NCBI GenBank assembly: GCA_030248215.1
Contig: JASANG010002922.1
Location: 62,001-126,000 of the forward strand
Reading direction: 5' to 3'
Source of the DNA: Enoplolaimus lenunculus
Taxonomy: Eukaryota
DNA: 64,000 nt
A program made the position numbers and the translations under genes. Shown here piece after piece: positions 1-11,537 of this stretch. The notes under the pieces were generated by a model. That model saw only the letters and a list, made by a program, of their open reading frames with translations, was not told the origin of the DNA and made no database searches. The stretch's first letter is position 1; each line of letters starts with the position of its first letter.

Positions 1-469
1 GTATTCAAATGGGGGAGGGTATCTTGCGCTATAAACTGAAGCCGCGTCTAAAGACTCTTGCACCAATGAAAGAGAAGGTGAACGTTCCCCCCACATAGTG
101 TTTACCACCTGCTTAGACTGATACTTAAGCTCTGGTTAGTTGTATGGAAAGGAAATTTATGTGGGGGCAACTAAACAAGTACCACCATAAACTTGGGTTC
201 GCTACATCTACCAGAGGAGGGGGCCCACTCGGCCAAAGCTTCTAAACAAGACTTACTCCTGGTTCAATCCCGCACCTCGAGATTACTTTTGTGCAAAATG
301 TGTCAATTATAATGCAATAGATAAAGCGTGTAAAGTGTATGCGCATGTGATATACGAGTGATCAGGAATGGTTAAATGGAACTCCTAGCTTCGCCCTTGT
401 ATTCGTTATACGTCAACACCTACAACAAAACAAATCGCCCAATTGAATTCGTAGAATAACGAAACCTAC

Positions 470-3400
470 TCAAGAACAGCAACCTTTGGCAGCAATTGTC
501 TCGTAGCAACACATTTACTATCGGCAATAGACCATATTTTAGTTGTACCATCAGCACATGCAGATGCCTAAACGACAGAAATTTTGCAACCGATTTCATG
601 TGCCAAAAAACCTTTAGAACAGTATATATTGTTATTCAAGTCATATATAGGTCTCAAAATTCGATGCAAAGGTACACAGCACAATACTAATTTGTGCGTT
701 TAATTTTTAGGTACCAGGTCCATAGATACAGGGATTGATGACAATAAAACAACCATCAAGGTGTTATAAACAATTTGGTGGGTTACACACTGCATAGTCT
801 TTTAAAATAATATATAATTTTACGCTGCAATTAATCTTGACTCTGTTATGAACCTATTTAGCTTTCTTATATTAGTGTCAATTGTCAATGTTATTCATAA
901 AAATGTAGTTTGTGAACGCAATTGCAGATGTTTTTGTATATTTTATTTTATAACATCACTTACAAAGTAAATTTCCTTTGGATCCAAAGCAACGTTAAGG
1001 ACAGCTGCCTCATGACCGTCAAAATCACGATGATCCGTTGCATCATTCACATTTACCCAACGAATTTTAAAATCCCTAAAAGCAGGGTGCAACCGGAATT
1101 ACAATTTACCGGAACCGGAACCGGAATTTGAAAATTTTACCGGAACCGGAACCGGAAACGGAACCGGAAATTGAAAAATGCATTTCACCAAAATTTTCAT
1201 TTTAATCTTATTTTTTGCTCTGTTATTTGTGAAATAACCTTAGTCGAACATAGGAATTTATTTTATTTGTTGTATTTTAGATTTTCGTCGTCAACTGAAG
1301 TGAAATCCACCATCAATGGCTTATATTCGGAGTACAAGTGGCTTTCAAAAGAGATTCTTAAAAATTAGCAAAGTTAAGAAAACGGCCAAATTTTAACACC
1401 GGAATTTTTAAATCCGGTAAAAATTTACCGGAACCGGAAGGTGAAAAAATGCCGGAACCGGAATTCCGGTTGCACCCTGCCTAAAAGACAAATAAGCTAC
1501 ACCTACAATTTTACTTCAAAATTTAAGCGGTTTGCATCTGATACCTAAAATGGAAACACAGGATTACCATTCCACTAAAAATACGTAGCACCACAGCACA
1601 GTAACCATTACTCAAAATCTACTTACATTTTTGTGATATTTATCCAGTATTTTTACTTGCACTAGTTCCGGGTTTTATGAAATTTTAAAGAAAATGACAA
1701 TTTAAGTCACGAACTTTGCGTGTCACAGGATGCAAAATACCTTAAGAATGGCAATATCAGTAGTTTAGTTCACACGAAGCCATTATTACGTATCCAGCTG
1801 TACTACCAACTAGTGTACGACCGGATATTAATTTACCGAATACTGGAACCGGATACGGATAGTAAATTTTTTACCGGAACAGGAACCGGATACCGGATAT
1901 TATATATATTGAAATAATTTATTTTTCGCTGTATTTTAGCGTGCTCAAGGTTTTCGTCTGTTATAAACTTTATAGTAGCTACTGATATACTGAAATCACA
2001 CAAAAATGCGTTTAACACTCGCTCGGTTAAGTTAAAAAGAGCTAAAACGTATCGAAACTGGAACTTCCTGAAGTGCCCAGAAAGGTAATCACAACCAGTT
2101 ATTAAAGACAATTACTTGCAAAAAGCAATTTTATTATATTCGGCACACAACCGTAAATATCCGGTATCCGGTAGGTTTATACCGGAAACCGGAACCGAAT
2201 ACGGATCAGGGTGCAACCGGAATTACAATTTACCGGAACCGGAAAGTGAAAACGTCATTTCACCAAAAATTTCAAATCGTATTTTTGCTCTATTATTTGT
2301 GAAGCAACCATAGTCGAACATGGGTATTTTATATGTTGTATTTTAGATTTTCGTCGTCGACTGAAGTGAAATCCACCATCAATGGCTTATATTCGGAGTA
2401 CAAGTGGCTTTCAAAAGAGATTCTTAAATATGAGCAAATTTAAGAAAACGGCCAAATTATAACAGCGGAATTTTTAAATCCGGTAAAAATTTACCGGAAC
2501 CGGAAGGTGAAAACATGCCGGAACCGGAATTCTCGTTGCACCCTGATACGGATATCAGTTTTTGCCGGATAATAAACCGGAACCGGATATCCGGTCGCGC
2601 CTTGCTACCAACCCGACCTAAACTTACAGTGATGACGCTAAAATTCTAGTGCCGGCAGCATTGATAGCAATGTGCGTGACAGGTAAATTGAATCTCCACG
2701 CCAAACCGTCTTTCGAGTAATCTTTGAGCGATATAATCTGGACTTGATTATCATCCGTCCCACAATATAATCGGTCGCCCTACAAGTTCGTCATTCTATA
2801 ACTCGTATGTGCAGAAACATTGCAAAAAATGCATGTCGCATGTATATATAATTTCAAGCATATGTAAAAATCAGACACGTGGTTAAACGGATTAAACTAC
2901 TAATGTGTGATTCACGTTAACAATATTGTGCACTTGGTACCAGTTTTTCTACTACAACCACAGTGGTACATACTAACTTTTTTGCTACCAATATGTATAC
3001 CAACAGAAAACAAATGTTTTGCATAACTAGGTTTTGGGAATTGACCTAGACTAGACATACCCATATTGGCAGCATCAAGACGTCTGCTCGTAGCCCATAC
3101 AAATGTCAAACTAATGAACTTTAAAGCTTGCACATTAAAACGGCGCAAATTGGTAATTTGAACCCACATAACTGTGTAACCTCTATTTCTATGCTTTTAC
3201 CGGAAAAACTAACCCATGCACAGATTGCTGTCACTTTCTCGCCAACAGGGTGCGTTTCTGGAGCAGTGAATTCACAAAAAACATTAGGCCAAACACTAAT
3301 ATCACCTGTTACTGAACCAGTCGCCACAATCCTAAAACACTAGAATATTAAGGTTTTCCAGAAAACGAGTAAGAATTGTAGTCATCGTAGCTTGCAAATT

Positions 3401-3598
3401 GCCAGAACTAGCGGTCAATTTGTTTAGTTCGATTTTAAACACCAATCAGACTTTTCATGAATTTGTCTTTTTTCCGTAAAACGAATTTGTCCAATTTTAT
3501 CTATAAATCAAAATGTATACGTACCACTTGTTCTCCGGATTCTTGAAACAGCATAAAACTGTAACACCATTTGCATGTGCTATTCTGGGGCAATCCAT
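470..3598 (-). CDS. WDHD1: WDHD1/AND-1/Ctf4-like WD40 replisome protein, 5' part; gene continues past the left edge. Exons 3598-3525, 3331-3214, 2779-2628, 1075-964, 567-470
   Basis: GT-AG exons with consistent phases translate to MDCPRIAHANGVTVLCCFKNPENKW-IVATGSVTGDISVWP...HPVGEKVTAICAW-GDRLYCGTDDNQVQII...DGLAWRFNLPVTHIAINAAGTRILASSL-DFKIRWV...FDGHEAAVLNVALDPKEIYF-ASACADGTTKIWSI. This is collinear with the recalled AND-1 N-terminal WD repeats (VGEK, RF, GH..VL...DPK..F.ASA..DG...W). Confidence 0.88.
1083..1479. mobile_element. hAT-like MITE (family B)
   Basis: TIR CAGGGTGCAACCGG...CCGGTTGCACCCTG; perfect 8-bp TSD CCTAAAAG at 1075-1082 and 1480-1487; subterminal ACCGGA repeats. Confidence 0.9.
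1811..2604. mobile_element. hAT-like MITE (family C) hosting a nested family-B MITE
   Basis: Imperfect TIR TAGTGTACGACCGGATA / TATCCGGTCGCGCCTTG; 8-bp TSD CTACCAAC at 1803-1810 and 2605-2612; uninterrupted relative at 47933-48361. Confidence 0.85.
2207..2545. mobile_element. hAT-like MITE (family B), nested copy
   Basis: Same ends and internal sequence as 1083-1479; 8-bp TSD ATACGGAT at 2199-2206 and 2546-2553. Confidence 0.9.
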
Positions 3599-3881
3599 AA
3601 TAATACGTACGCATATAATTATTTTGATATACTTCAGCTTATGCGAACTCAAAACCAACAAATTATGCAAAACTCATAGAGTTAAACAGGAAAGTCAGAA
3701 ATTGATTAACATACGTATAGTTCCCTTGGCCCTTTATAAATTTTGAAGTGAAAAACTTGGTTCACACTGTCGGTATTCGGTACCTGTTCAGGCTGTGTTC
3801 GGTAAAGGTATGTAAAGCAAACAAAATGATGGCCATACACGTGCATACATACCAGGTATAAAAAATTGTTCTAGTGACAAC

Positions 3882-3952
3882 ATGGTGTACTGGTACGTAA
3901 TGTACTATACTTGACTCGAGCGCACGAGGGCCGAGGTTCGATTTCGGCGTGG
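3882..3952 (+). mobile_element. Degenerate tRNA-derived SINE head
   Basis: A-box-like TGGTGTACTGG and B-box-like GGTTCGATT; no complete cloverleaf. Confidence 0.35.
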
Positions 3953-4655
3953 TTTAACTTTGGGCTCAACTTCAAACAGGGGTTGTGCAGACCATATTGT
4001 TCCAACATGGAGGTTTCACAGAGATGATCAGTTAAAAAATAAGCGTATGAATTCGTGCCAACCCTATTGTTCTAACATGAACCTGGAAGAATGTTTATGT
4101 TCATATACAATATAGTGTAGTGTCTTGTATATCTGCTATCCCACCGCATACGTGTACAGAGATACTCGACAATAAGACCAGTTAGAGGTGGCGTGCACGA
4201 TGTAGTGAGACAGCGTTCGCTCAAGGATGCACAGGCTTGATGTTAGATCCCACACTAAGTAAGCCTGCTTTTCAAACTGCATAGTAAAAAGGTCTGATAT
4301 CCTCGTTCCTACATATATGACATCCTAAATTCTTGAGTACGCCGGTGCTTCGTTTGATCCCTAGAGCGTAGTAGATCCACCCACGGGTTGCACAATTGAC
4401 TATGTAAACAGTTAACACTAACAACTTTAACATAGCGCACATTTAATTTACTACTTAGCAATGTGATTAATCAAACCTTATAATTCAAACAATAACCGAA
4501 CCAAATAAATAACTTATCATTGTTTGGTGTTTGTTAACATGATGTATGTAAATGCACGAAAATCAACTTTTATTGATTCAATTGTTCAATTGTTTGCCAG
4601 CGATAATAACGATGCAAGAGACCCTGTATGATCGAATGTGGGCAAAAACAGCAGC

Positions 4656-4827
4656 AGTAAGATTATTAGTTCAATACCGCTAGTATTACAATTTCCATGC
4701 ATGCGTATAAAGTTTTAAAACTAGATTAATTTGATGCCAATCAGCGTCCTCCCGAAACACGACACAACAATACTATAGAATTAAATGGAAATTGTAATAC
4801 TAGCGGTATTGAACTAAAAATCTTACT
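4656..4827. repeat. Inverted repeat, ~43-bp arms with ~86-bp spacer
   Basis: AGTAAGATTATTAGTTCAATACCGCTAGTATTACAATTTCCAT (4656-4698) and its near-perfect reverse complement at ~4785-4827. Confidence 0.85.
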
Positions 4828-5582
4828 ACCCGAAACATATCGTTTTCTATGGCCACATCGGGGCACTTTTCATTCTAGTTACTAAAAAAAGTCAAATTTA
4901 AAGTCATATATACTCACGTTATAATTGTTTTAGAACTGCTAAGCTATATTTCCATGAAAATTAAAAACTACATTTTCACAATCACAAAAGTCGCGCTTTC
5001 CTAATTTCATTTTTATTTATTAGGTAATTCGCTCAATTTATAATACTAATATATTTTAATTCATATAAATTGTTTGAATTCAGATAGAAAATCAATAATA
5101 CAATTGATAAGTGCTTGCTCTAGTGAAAACTGATTTTATGCTGCATAGCAGTGTTGAACCAATACATCCAAATCGGTATTGTAATCGGTATTTTGGAAGA
5201 ATACTGATTTCGATACTTTCAATTCTGTATTTCACACATGAATTGAGTTAAATATATAATTGGAATGCGCAGCATTTAAAAATATGGCTGCAACAAATAT
5301 TTTGTGAAACATGCTGAATACACACTTTTGTTTGTTTCCTCTTAATTGTGCAAGAAATTCTAATAATGTTCCATCCCCAGTCAAAACTGCGAATCCGCAA
5401 CTATAAGGTTTGCTTTGTAACTTATTCTTGTTTTCTTTTCGAAAACGAAAAACTAAGGCTGCCGGACGTGGGCCTGAAAAATCTGGGCCGGTTCACACTA
5501 TAATGAGAGCCCGCTGTGTTCGAGCGTCCCGTTTTTGAAAGAGACTGCTTGCTTTGGGAACCTTATTAAATTAATGGTGTTA

Positions 5583-6545
5583 ATGGGTCATCCACGTAAT
5601 ACTGTCTACGCTACTGTAAAAAATTGTCCACACCCCTGGTTTCAAGGGCTGGACAAAACGACATTGTTCTTACGATGTTAAGACTTTACACAAGGTGTAC
5701 CTAGCTAGATTGTTTTGGCAGTAGTCCCTTCGAAGGGACTAAGGACAAATTAGACACTGTCTGGACACAGTGTCTGACATCGGGACGTCCGAAAAAGAGC
5801 TTGTTGACAGTCCACAGCCCGTAACTAGGGCTTGTTTTAAAAACGTTGCAGTGTTCTAAAAATTTACTTTCTTAAAAATTAACTGCAACCAGAAATTTTT
5901 AAAAGAGGGGGCAGGAAGGTTTTTGCCGGTAAAAGATAACTTGTAAGAGAACGTCCCGCCCCATTCAAGCAGAGCAGGTTAGAATATAATAACTCTGGTA
6001 TACCAGAAAGTTAAACCCCGGTGTCCCCTGTCGAAAACAAACTTTGTCGTGACCGGTGAGGGGGGGCGGCGGCTGGGGTGTAAATATATAGCTCCGGAAC
6101 CGTACACTGTTGTCCCCCAGGGGAGGACGGGCGAGTGGGAACCCTTTAACGTCGCACACCAAGCCCAACGGTAGTTGCACCCTTCTTTCGCCCGTGGTTG
6201 CGGCATACTCAATATTAAGCTCTACAATAGTCCCTTCAGACAGACTCTGTAAAACAGAGTCCCTTGAAACAGACTCTTTAGGTGACTAAACAGAGTCTGT
6301 TCTGACAGACTCGGGACAAAACAGTTGTCCTTCATATGACGCATCGACAGTGTAGCATGGGTATGGACGGCAATGTGACAAAGTATAGGCTGTTTAGAGG
6401 GTATGCGAGTTGTCCGGAAGGTCTATACAGGATATGGGTGACATTTGGACATGTCATTTAGTAACACTACAACTACAAAGTGAGGGGCTCGTAAGTGGGG
6501 ACAATTTTTTACAGTAGCGTAGACAGTATAACGTGGATGACCCAT
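5583..6545. mobile_element. Non-autonomous TIR element (~960 bp), superfamily unresolved
   Basis: ~50-bp TIR ATGGGTCATCCACGTWATACTGTCTACGCTACTGTAAAAAATTGTCC at both ends; GC-richer interior with no credible ORF. Confidence 0.8.
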
Positions 6546-7807
6546 AATTTTGCACGTCAAAATTTCTTCAAATATTCTAAACCGAGTTTTGGACATTTCA
6601 GTGCTCAAGTTGGTGCTACCAATAATACATCGAGCGGTAAATCAAAGCTGATATCTGTACTTTACGCGTAAACTTTGAGATTAAATGTAAATCTAGGTTT
6701 AAAAAAACCCACGCGAATGTAAAATCTAGGCACCTACTACGAAGTAAATAAAAAGTGTCTCTCATACCACTGGCGGATGCAGTGGGTGCCACTCTGGCCT
6801 GAACCACCACAACTTGAATCAAGAGAAAGGTTTTTGCATTAAGATTCAGCATTAAATTAGCGTTCGTCTTTTTTGCAGTATTATACGTTGAGCGACCGAT
6901 CCTTTTGAAATTCCTGCATCCACCACGGCGTCACACATATCTCGACGAGCCGAGTTCAACGGTACTATTTTCATATTTGCATGGCTAACTGTTCAAAAGA
7001 TGACCGAAAAAATTATTAAAACACGCACAGATTTATAAAGAGTCTCTATCATTCACATATTCGCAAAATATAAGCTTTACTAATGTTATTCGTTGCACAA
7101 ATTTGGAGAAGGTTTGTATGTTTTATATAATAAAATGTTAAACTTTAAGGGACCACCACTTTGAATGAAAAGCTTTGCAGCCATAAGGTTCTAGCTCGTA
7201 AATAAACAGTTTTCGGCAACATGAGGTTATGTCTACGTTTTCAAAAACGCGCATTGGCAAAAAATACGCATAAAAAACTAGCTGTTTCGCATATATACGT
7301 ACTAAACAGTAGTATTTTCGTTAAATAAATAGCTTAACATATATGGTTGAGATAACTTATGTAGCACATAAAAAATTGGATTGTTACAATCTACGATTCT
7401 GTAGAACACCTTGCGACAAGATTTGAATCCAAATACAAAGGCGAAGCTTTGCGCTTCCGATTCTTATGAAAACGTTTACATTTAATACTTCGACAATTTT
7501 TTCTATAAATATAGCGCATGAACACCGGTTGCCATGATCTTGAATGACACACGTTTGTATATGAATACCACCAAAACAGAATAGTAGAAATAATAGACTT
7601 TTGATAGAAACATAAGAGAGACGTGAACACTTTTGGAAGAAACATATAATAGTGACACTACCGTGTCTCTATGATTTAAAATATAAATGTGGCTTCTGAC
7701 TTTATAACCTGGAAATTCCAGCCATAGAACAGAATTTCACAATTTTCGTTGTATGATGTAAAATCTTTAAGCAAAAGTTTTTATCGTTTGTTATTAATAA
7801 AAATACC

Positions 7808-9561
7808 ATGACACGTATAGTACCATTTATGCGACTAATAGATACAAGCTTGATTCTATTAACGTGTATTTTGACGCAGTACACTTCGCTATGTGTGCTT
7901 GACGTACGCAAAGCTGACGATTGCGAATCGGCGAAGTGTGAGCATTTGCTTGAAATACCTATTAAAGAACTATTTTTGACAGGTTTAGTTTAAAACTTTT
8001 CTAGAAAGTTTTAAGAAACCAGTGCCATAACAGGGCCGGAACAGTAGTATAAGCATATTCGTACGCCTAAGCTTAAGCCTAAAAATTCCGATTATGTGCG
8101 TTTCACACCAGTGACTGTTTTTATACCATGTATTTTCACCAAAAATTTTGTTGTATATTATAGATAGTAAACTGAAAAATTTTCGCTTAACCCTTTCTCA
8201 CATGAATATTTTCTATTTCCCCTGAGACCTACTTTTATTCTAGGATTCGAACTCCAGTGACTTGAGTGGGAGGCGTATACCATCACCACTCAGCTATAGG
8301 AGCTTGACGCTCGAGCCCGAGGGGGCTCTCACGGCTTGTGCTGATTTAGTACTATGTATACGTGTTGCAATTGTTAAACACAATGCGATATATACTATTT
8401 AGCGTATATGCACTGCGCTGAGTTGCCTACAGGCAACTCAATGTGAGAAGGGGTTAACCATACACGCAGAATTGTGAGTTTTATTGATTATCGCTGTTCG
8501 TTCACAAATAACGTCAATCCATTGCATTATTTTGGATCAAGTAAGAGGGATTTTTATATATATACAAACATTTATAAATAACATCTTTAAACTATGTTAG
8601 AAATTTTTCCAAAACCATTTGGGGTCACGGCCCTCTTGAGCCACCCCTGGCTACGCTCGTTACCAATCACTAAAAATATACTTAAACTTAAGTAAAACTG
8701 TTGCCGAATGTAAGTGTCGGTTTTACTTTGTATAATACTTGGCAAAGTTTTACTTAATTTTAAGCAAACAAAGAATTGTTAGCCTTACATTTACTTGATC
8801 AGAAAATGACAGCAATAGTTTTTATTTACATTAATTAAGCAAAGATTTACTCAATATTTAGTATACTCTATGCTTAAAAAAGTTAGTAAAATTTATTTTC
8901 TACAGTTTTGTTATTTTTAATATCTGTTAAGCCTTCAATTTTCCCCGGTACGCTATATTATATCAAACCTACAATTTATCGATTTATTTTCTTAAATTCA
9001 GAAGAGAATCTCAATCAATTTCGTTCGACGTTACCTCATCAACCGGACGCTGAACACGAAAAACATTGTAAACTATTGCGAAAATACTTCAATTGCACCT
9101 ATGAATGTCTACAGAGCCATCCAGAGTCCGGAAGAATTTCAATTATTGCAACCGTTCTGTTATCGCTGATCGAGCAGGAAATGTCTCGAAGCTGTTTACA
9201 TTTCAACTTTAGCCTAAATCAAGATTCCAGCGACTACAATTTCAATGTTACTACCGTAACCGAAGCATCATTTGGCAAAGATCAACGAACCTCGCAAAAT
9301 GGTGCTGGCGAGTCCGGCAGCCGCCCTACTTCTGTAACCAGTACCTTAAAAGGGTCCATTGATTCATGGTGGGAACACCAAAGTAAACCGCAGTTCAATT
9401 GGTCGTTATGCCCGGCATTTAAAACTCAAATTGAACTTTCGCTCGAAGACAATTTTCAGTGGACTCCAGCTTCTAATAATTGCAAAAAACAGTTTTCAAT
9501 GATTTATGGTGCTTTGGCAATTGTAGGTTTTTATATGTTGTTTCAGCTGTACTGCATATAA
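7808..9561 (+). CDS. Secreted Cys-rich protein (~244 aa) with a C-terminal hydrophobic tail (GPI signal or TM). Exons 7808-7982 and 9002-9561
   Basis: Phase-1 donor ACAG|GTTTAG matches phase-1 acceptor TTCAG|AA. N-terminal hydrophobic segment SLILLTCILTQYTSLCVL; Cys pattern CESAKC...HCKLLRKYFNCTYEC...IEQEMSRSC; Ser/Thr-rich stalk; hydrophobic end MIYGALAIVGFYMLFQLYCI. Start could be ATG 7808 or 7829. Confidence 0.72.
8191..8453. mobile_element. piggyBac-like MITE containing a tRNA-derived segment
   Basis: TTAA|CCCTTTCTCACAT...ATGTGAGAAGGGG|TTAA. Relatives at ~27230-27494 (inverted), 28605-28648 and ~56740-56799. Confidence 0.8.
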
Positions 9562-10001
9562 ATAAGGCCCTGATGGATTTAACGAAACTCAGGTTGTTTA
9601 GCCAAATAACAAGCATTATCTGACCTATAAACTGGTAACTTTTTTGAGATGCTAGGAACCCTTAAATATATATACAACCGGTAAATTTTTGTGTTTGCAT
9701 ATTTACAAATTTACACGAATAAGAATGTTTCGGCTCCGGCGATGGTAATATATTTGCCCGAGGTTCTGGTAACTTCTATAAATGACGATTTCTATTAGGG
9801 ATACGGACTCCTATTGATTCGGACTCAAAATGGGGCCCCCTCTTATTCGGGTCAATACAGTAGGTGTTGTACACATTTGAGAATACGGGCTATGGTTTCC
9901 GGAATAAGTCTAAATTTTTGGACTTTATAATGTTAAGCGCAACTGACAACTTTCACTGAATTTTCTAAATGACACTAACGACGTAGCTGTACCTTGACGT
10001 C

Positions 10002-10190
10002 TTAGGTTTGCGCTATGCTTGTGGTACGGCACTGACCGTAATCGTTCATCACACGTCCGTCGCCATCAGCCACAATTCGTCACTATGCGGTATCGTACGA
10101 GAGTAATTCGCGTATTTACGATACCGCACCGTGACCCACGGTGGCGGACGACGCCGTACGACAAGTATGCTAATATAGCGCAGCCCTTAA
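10002..10190. mobile_element. MITE family H (TTAGGKTTGCGCTATA-type ends, GC-rich core)
   Basis: Core GCGGTATCGTACGWGAGTAATTCGCGTA shared with copies at ~24441-24620 and ~61713-61915. Confidence 0.7.
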
Positions 10191-11077
10191 CGCTTTTGCA
10201 TTAGCAAATCTTTGCTACGGGCATGGAATTGCTATTAATATAAATTTTCATAGTTTTTATAAGTTAGCGAACATGATGGCACGGAATTAAAATCCAGGAT
10301 ATTCACAATATTTCTCGGCCGGGTTTCATAATACTAAACATTTGCTGGCGTACCCTGGTACGCATGCACTTTTAGCCGCAAACATTCTATAATCGAATTT
10401 CGTTGTACCCCGCAGTAAAAACCCATCAAGGCTCACGTTAACTGTAGGGGCCTGGTTCCTGAAAGACAACGAAACTAACGTACATAGCGACTGCGCAGGA
10501 TTCAGGTTTAGGTTAATGTTTACGATTAACGTTTAAGGTTAGGCGAACGTTCCAGTGTCGGCTTACCGGGCAGACCCCATTGTTCACATGGACCAAAGAT
10601 TGTCTAGTCTTCTCGTTGTATATGTTTCATTTCCATAGATCTGGGATTTATTTAGTCTCTTTGGCGCTGGTTAACTTGATTAAAGGTTTAAATAGATTTG
10701 GTTTGTCTGATTAGTTTCAATTTTCCATACGTCGAAAACTAGTCTCAGGTTGGTTGTGTTAGGCACCGAAGTTCGACCCTGGAATTTTGGAATACTTTTG
10801 TGATTTGGCTGAAAATCAAACTGCCGAATCGGCAGTTTTGCTATTAAATTTTAAGTTTGAATCGTGCAGTTTTTGGTGTTTTTATTTCATAGATCACTCG
10901 TGATTGTTTCATATTCAAATTTGAAGTTTTCAAACACTCCATGCTTGGCATTATTGTAGCAGTAATAAAACAGTGTAGGTTTAGACGAAGTAGATGCATT
11001 TTTATCGCTAGTCTTTCAGGAGAGAACGGAAATCTTTTGGCTTACCGGTGCGATAGTATTTTTAGATTTAGAACTTG

Positions 11078-11214
11078 GGCCGAAGTAAAGATCAGGGGCG
11101 AAACATTTATTGTGGGATGGCAATTGAGTAAGCTTAAGCTATAGAAAGCTCATTCTTACGGTTAGACTTAGGCTTAAAAATATGCCTATTACGGTTCTGT
11201 TCCATACGTTGGCC
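11078..11214 (-). mobile_element. Telomeric-repeat MITE (family A), short copy
   Basis: GGCCGAAGTAAAGATCAGGGGCGAAAC ... TTAGACTTAGGCTT ... TGTTCCATACGTTGGCC. Confidence 0.75.
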
Positions 11215-11537
11215 ATAATTTTTGTAAAATCCATTTACGCCCCTGTTCATTACATTGAGAGATTTACGCAAGCTATACGTTTGTTTTTATTTTGACTACA
11301 CGTTAAGGCTTACAATTATGCTCAGGCTCAGGTATACAGGCGCAACCAGGGGAACGGCCACCCGTTTTCGGCTGCCGACCAAAAAATTCGAAACAAATCA
11401 CACAATTCTTTTGAATAAACATAACACATGATTTTACTGTACTGTATTACATATTATCATTAGGTCAACAGTACGTAAAAGTCATATATACCTATTGCAC
11501 CGCTTCCTGTTTCACAATATTTTCAATTTCTCACTGC

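Noticed and set aside
8241..8303. Functional tRNA gene
   Set aside because: A/B boxes are present, but the acceptor and anticodon stems do not pair, and it lies inside a MITE.
9568..9596. CCTGATGG...GAAAC as a hammerhead ribozyme
   Set aside because: The core is CUGAUGG rather than CUGANGA, and no convincing stems II/III are present.
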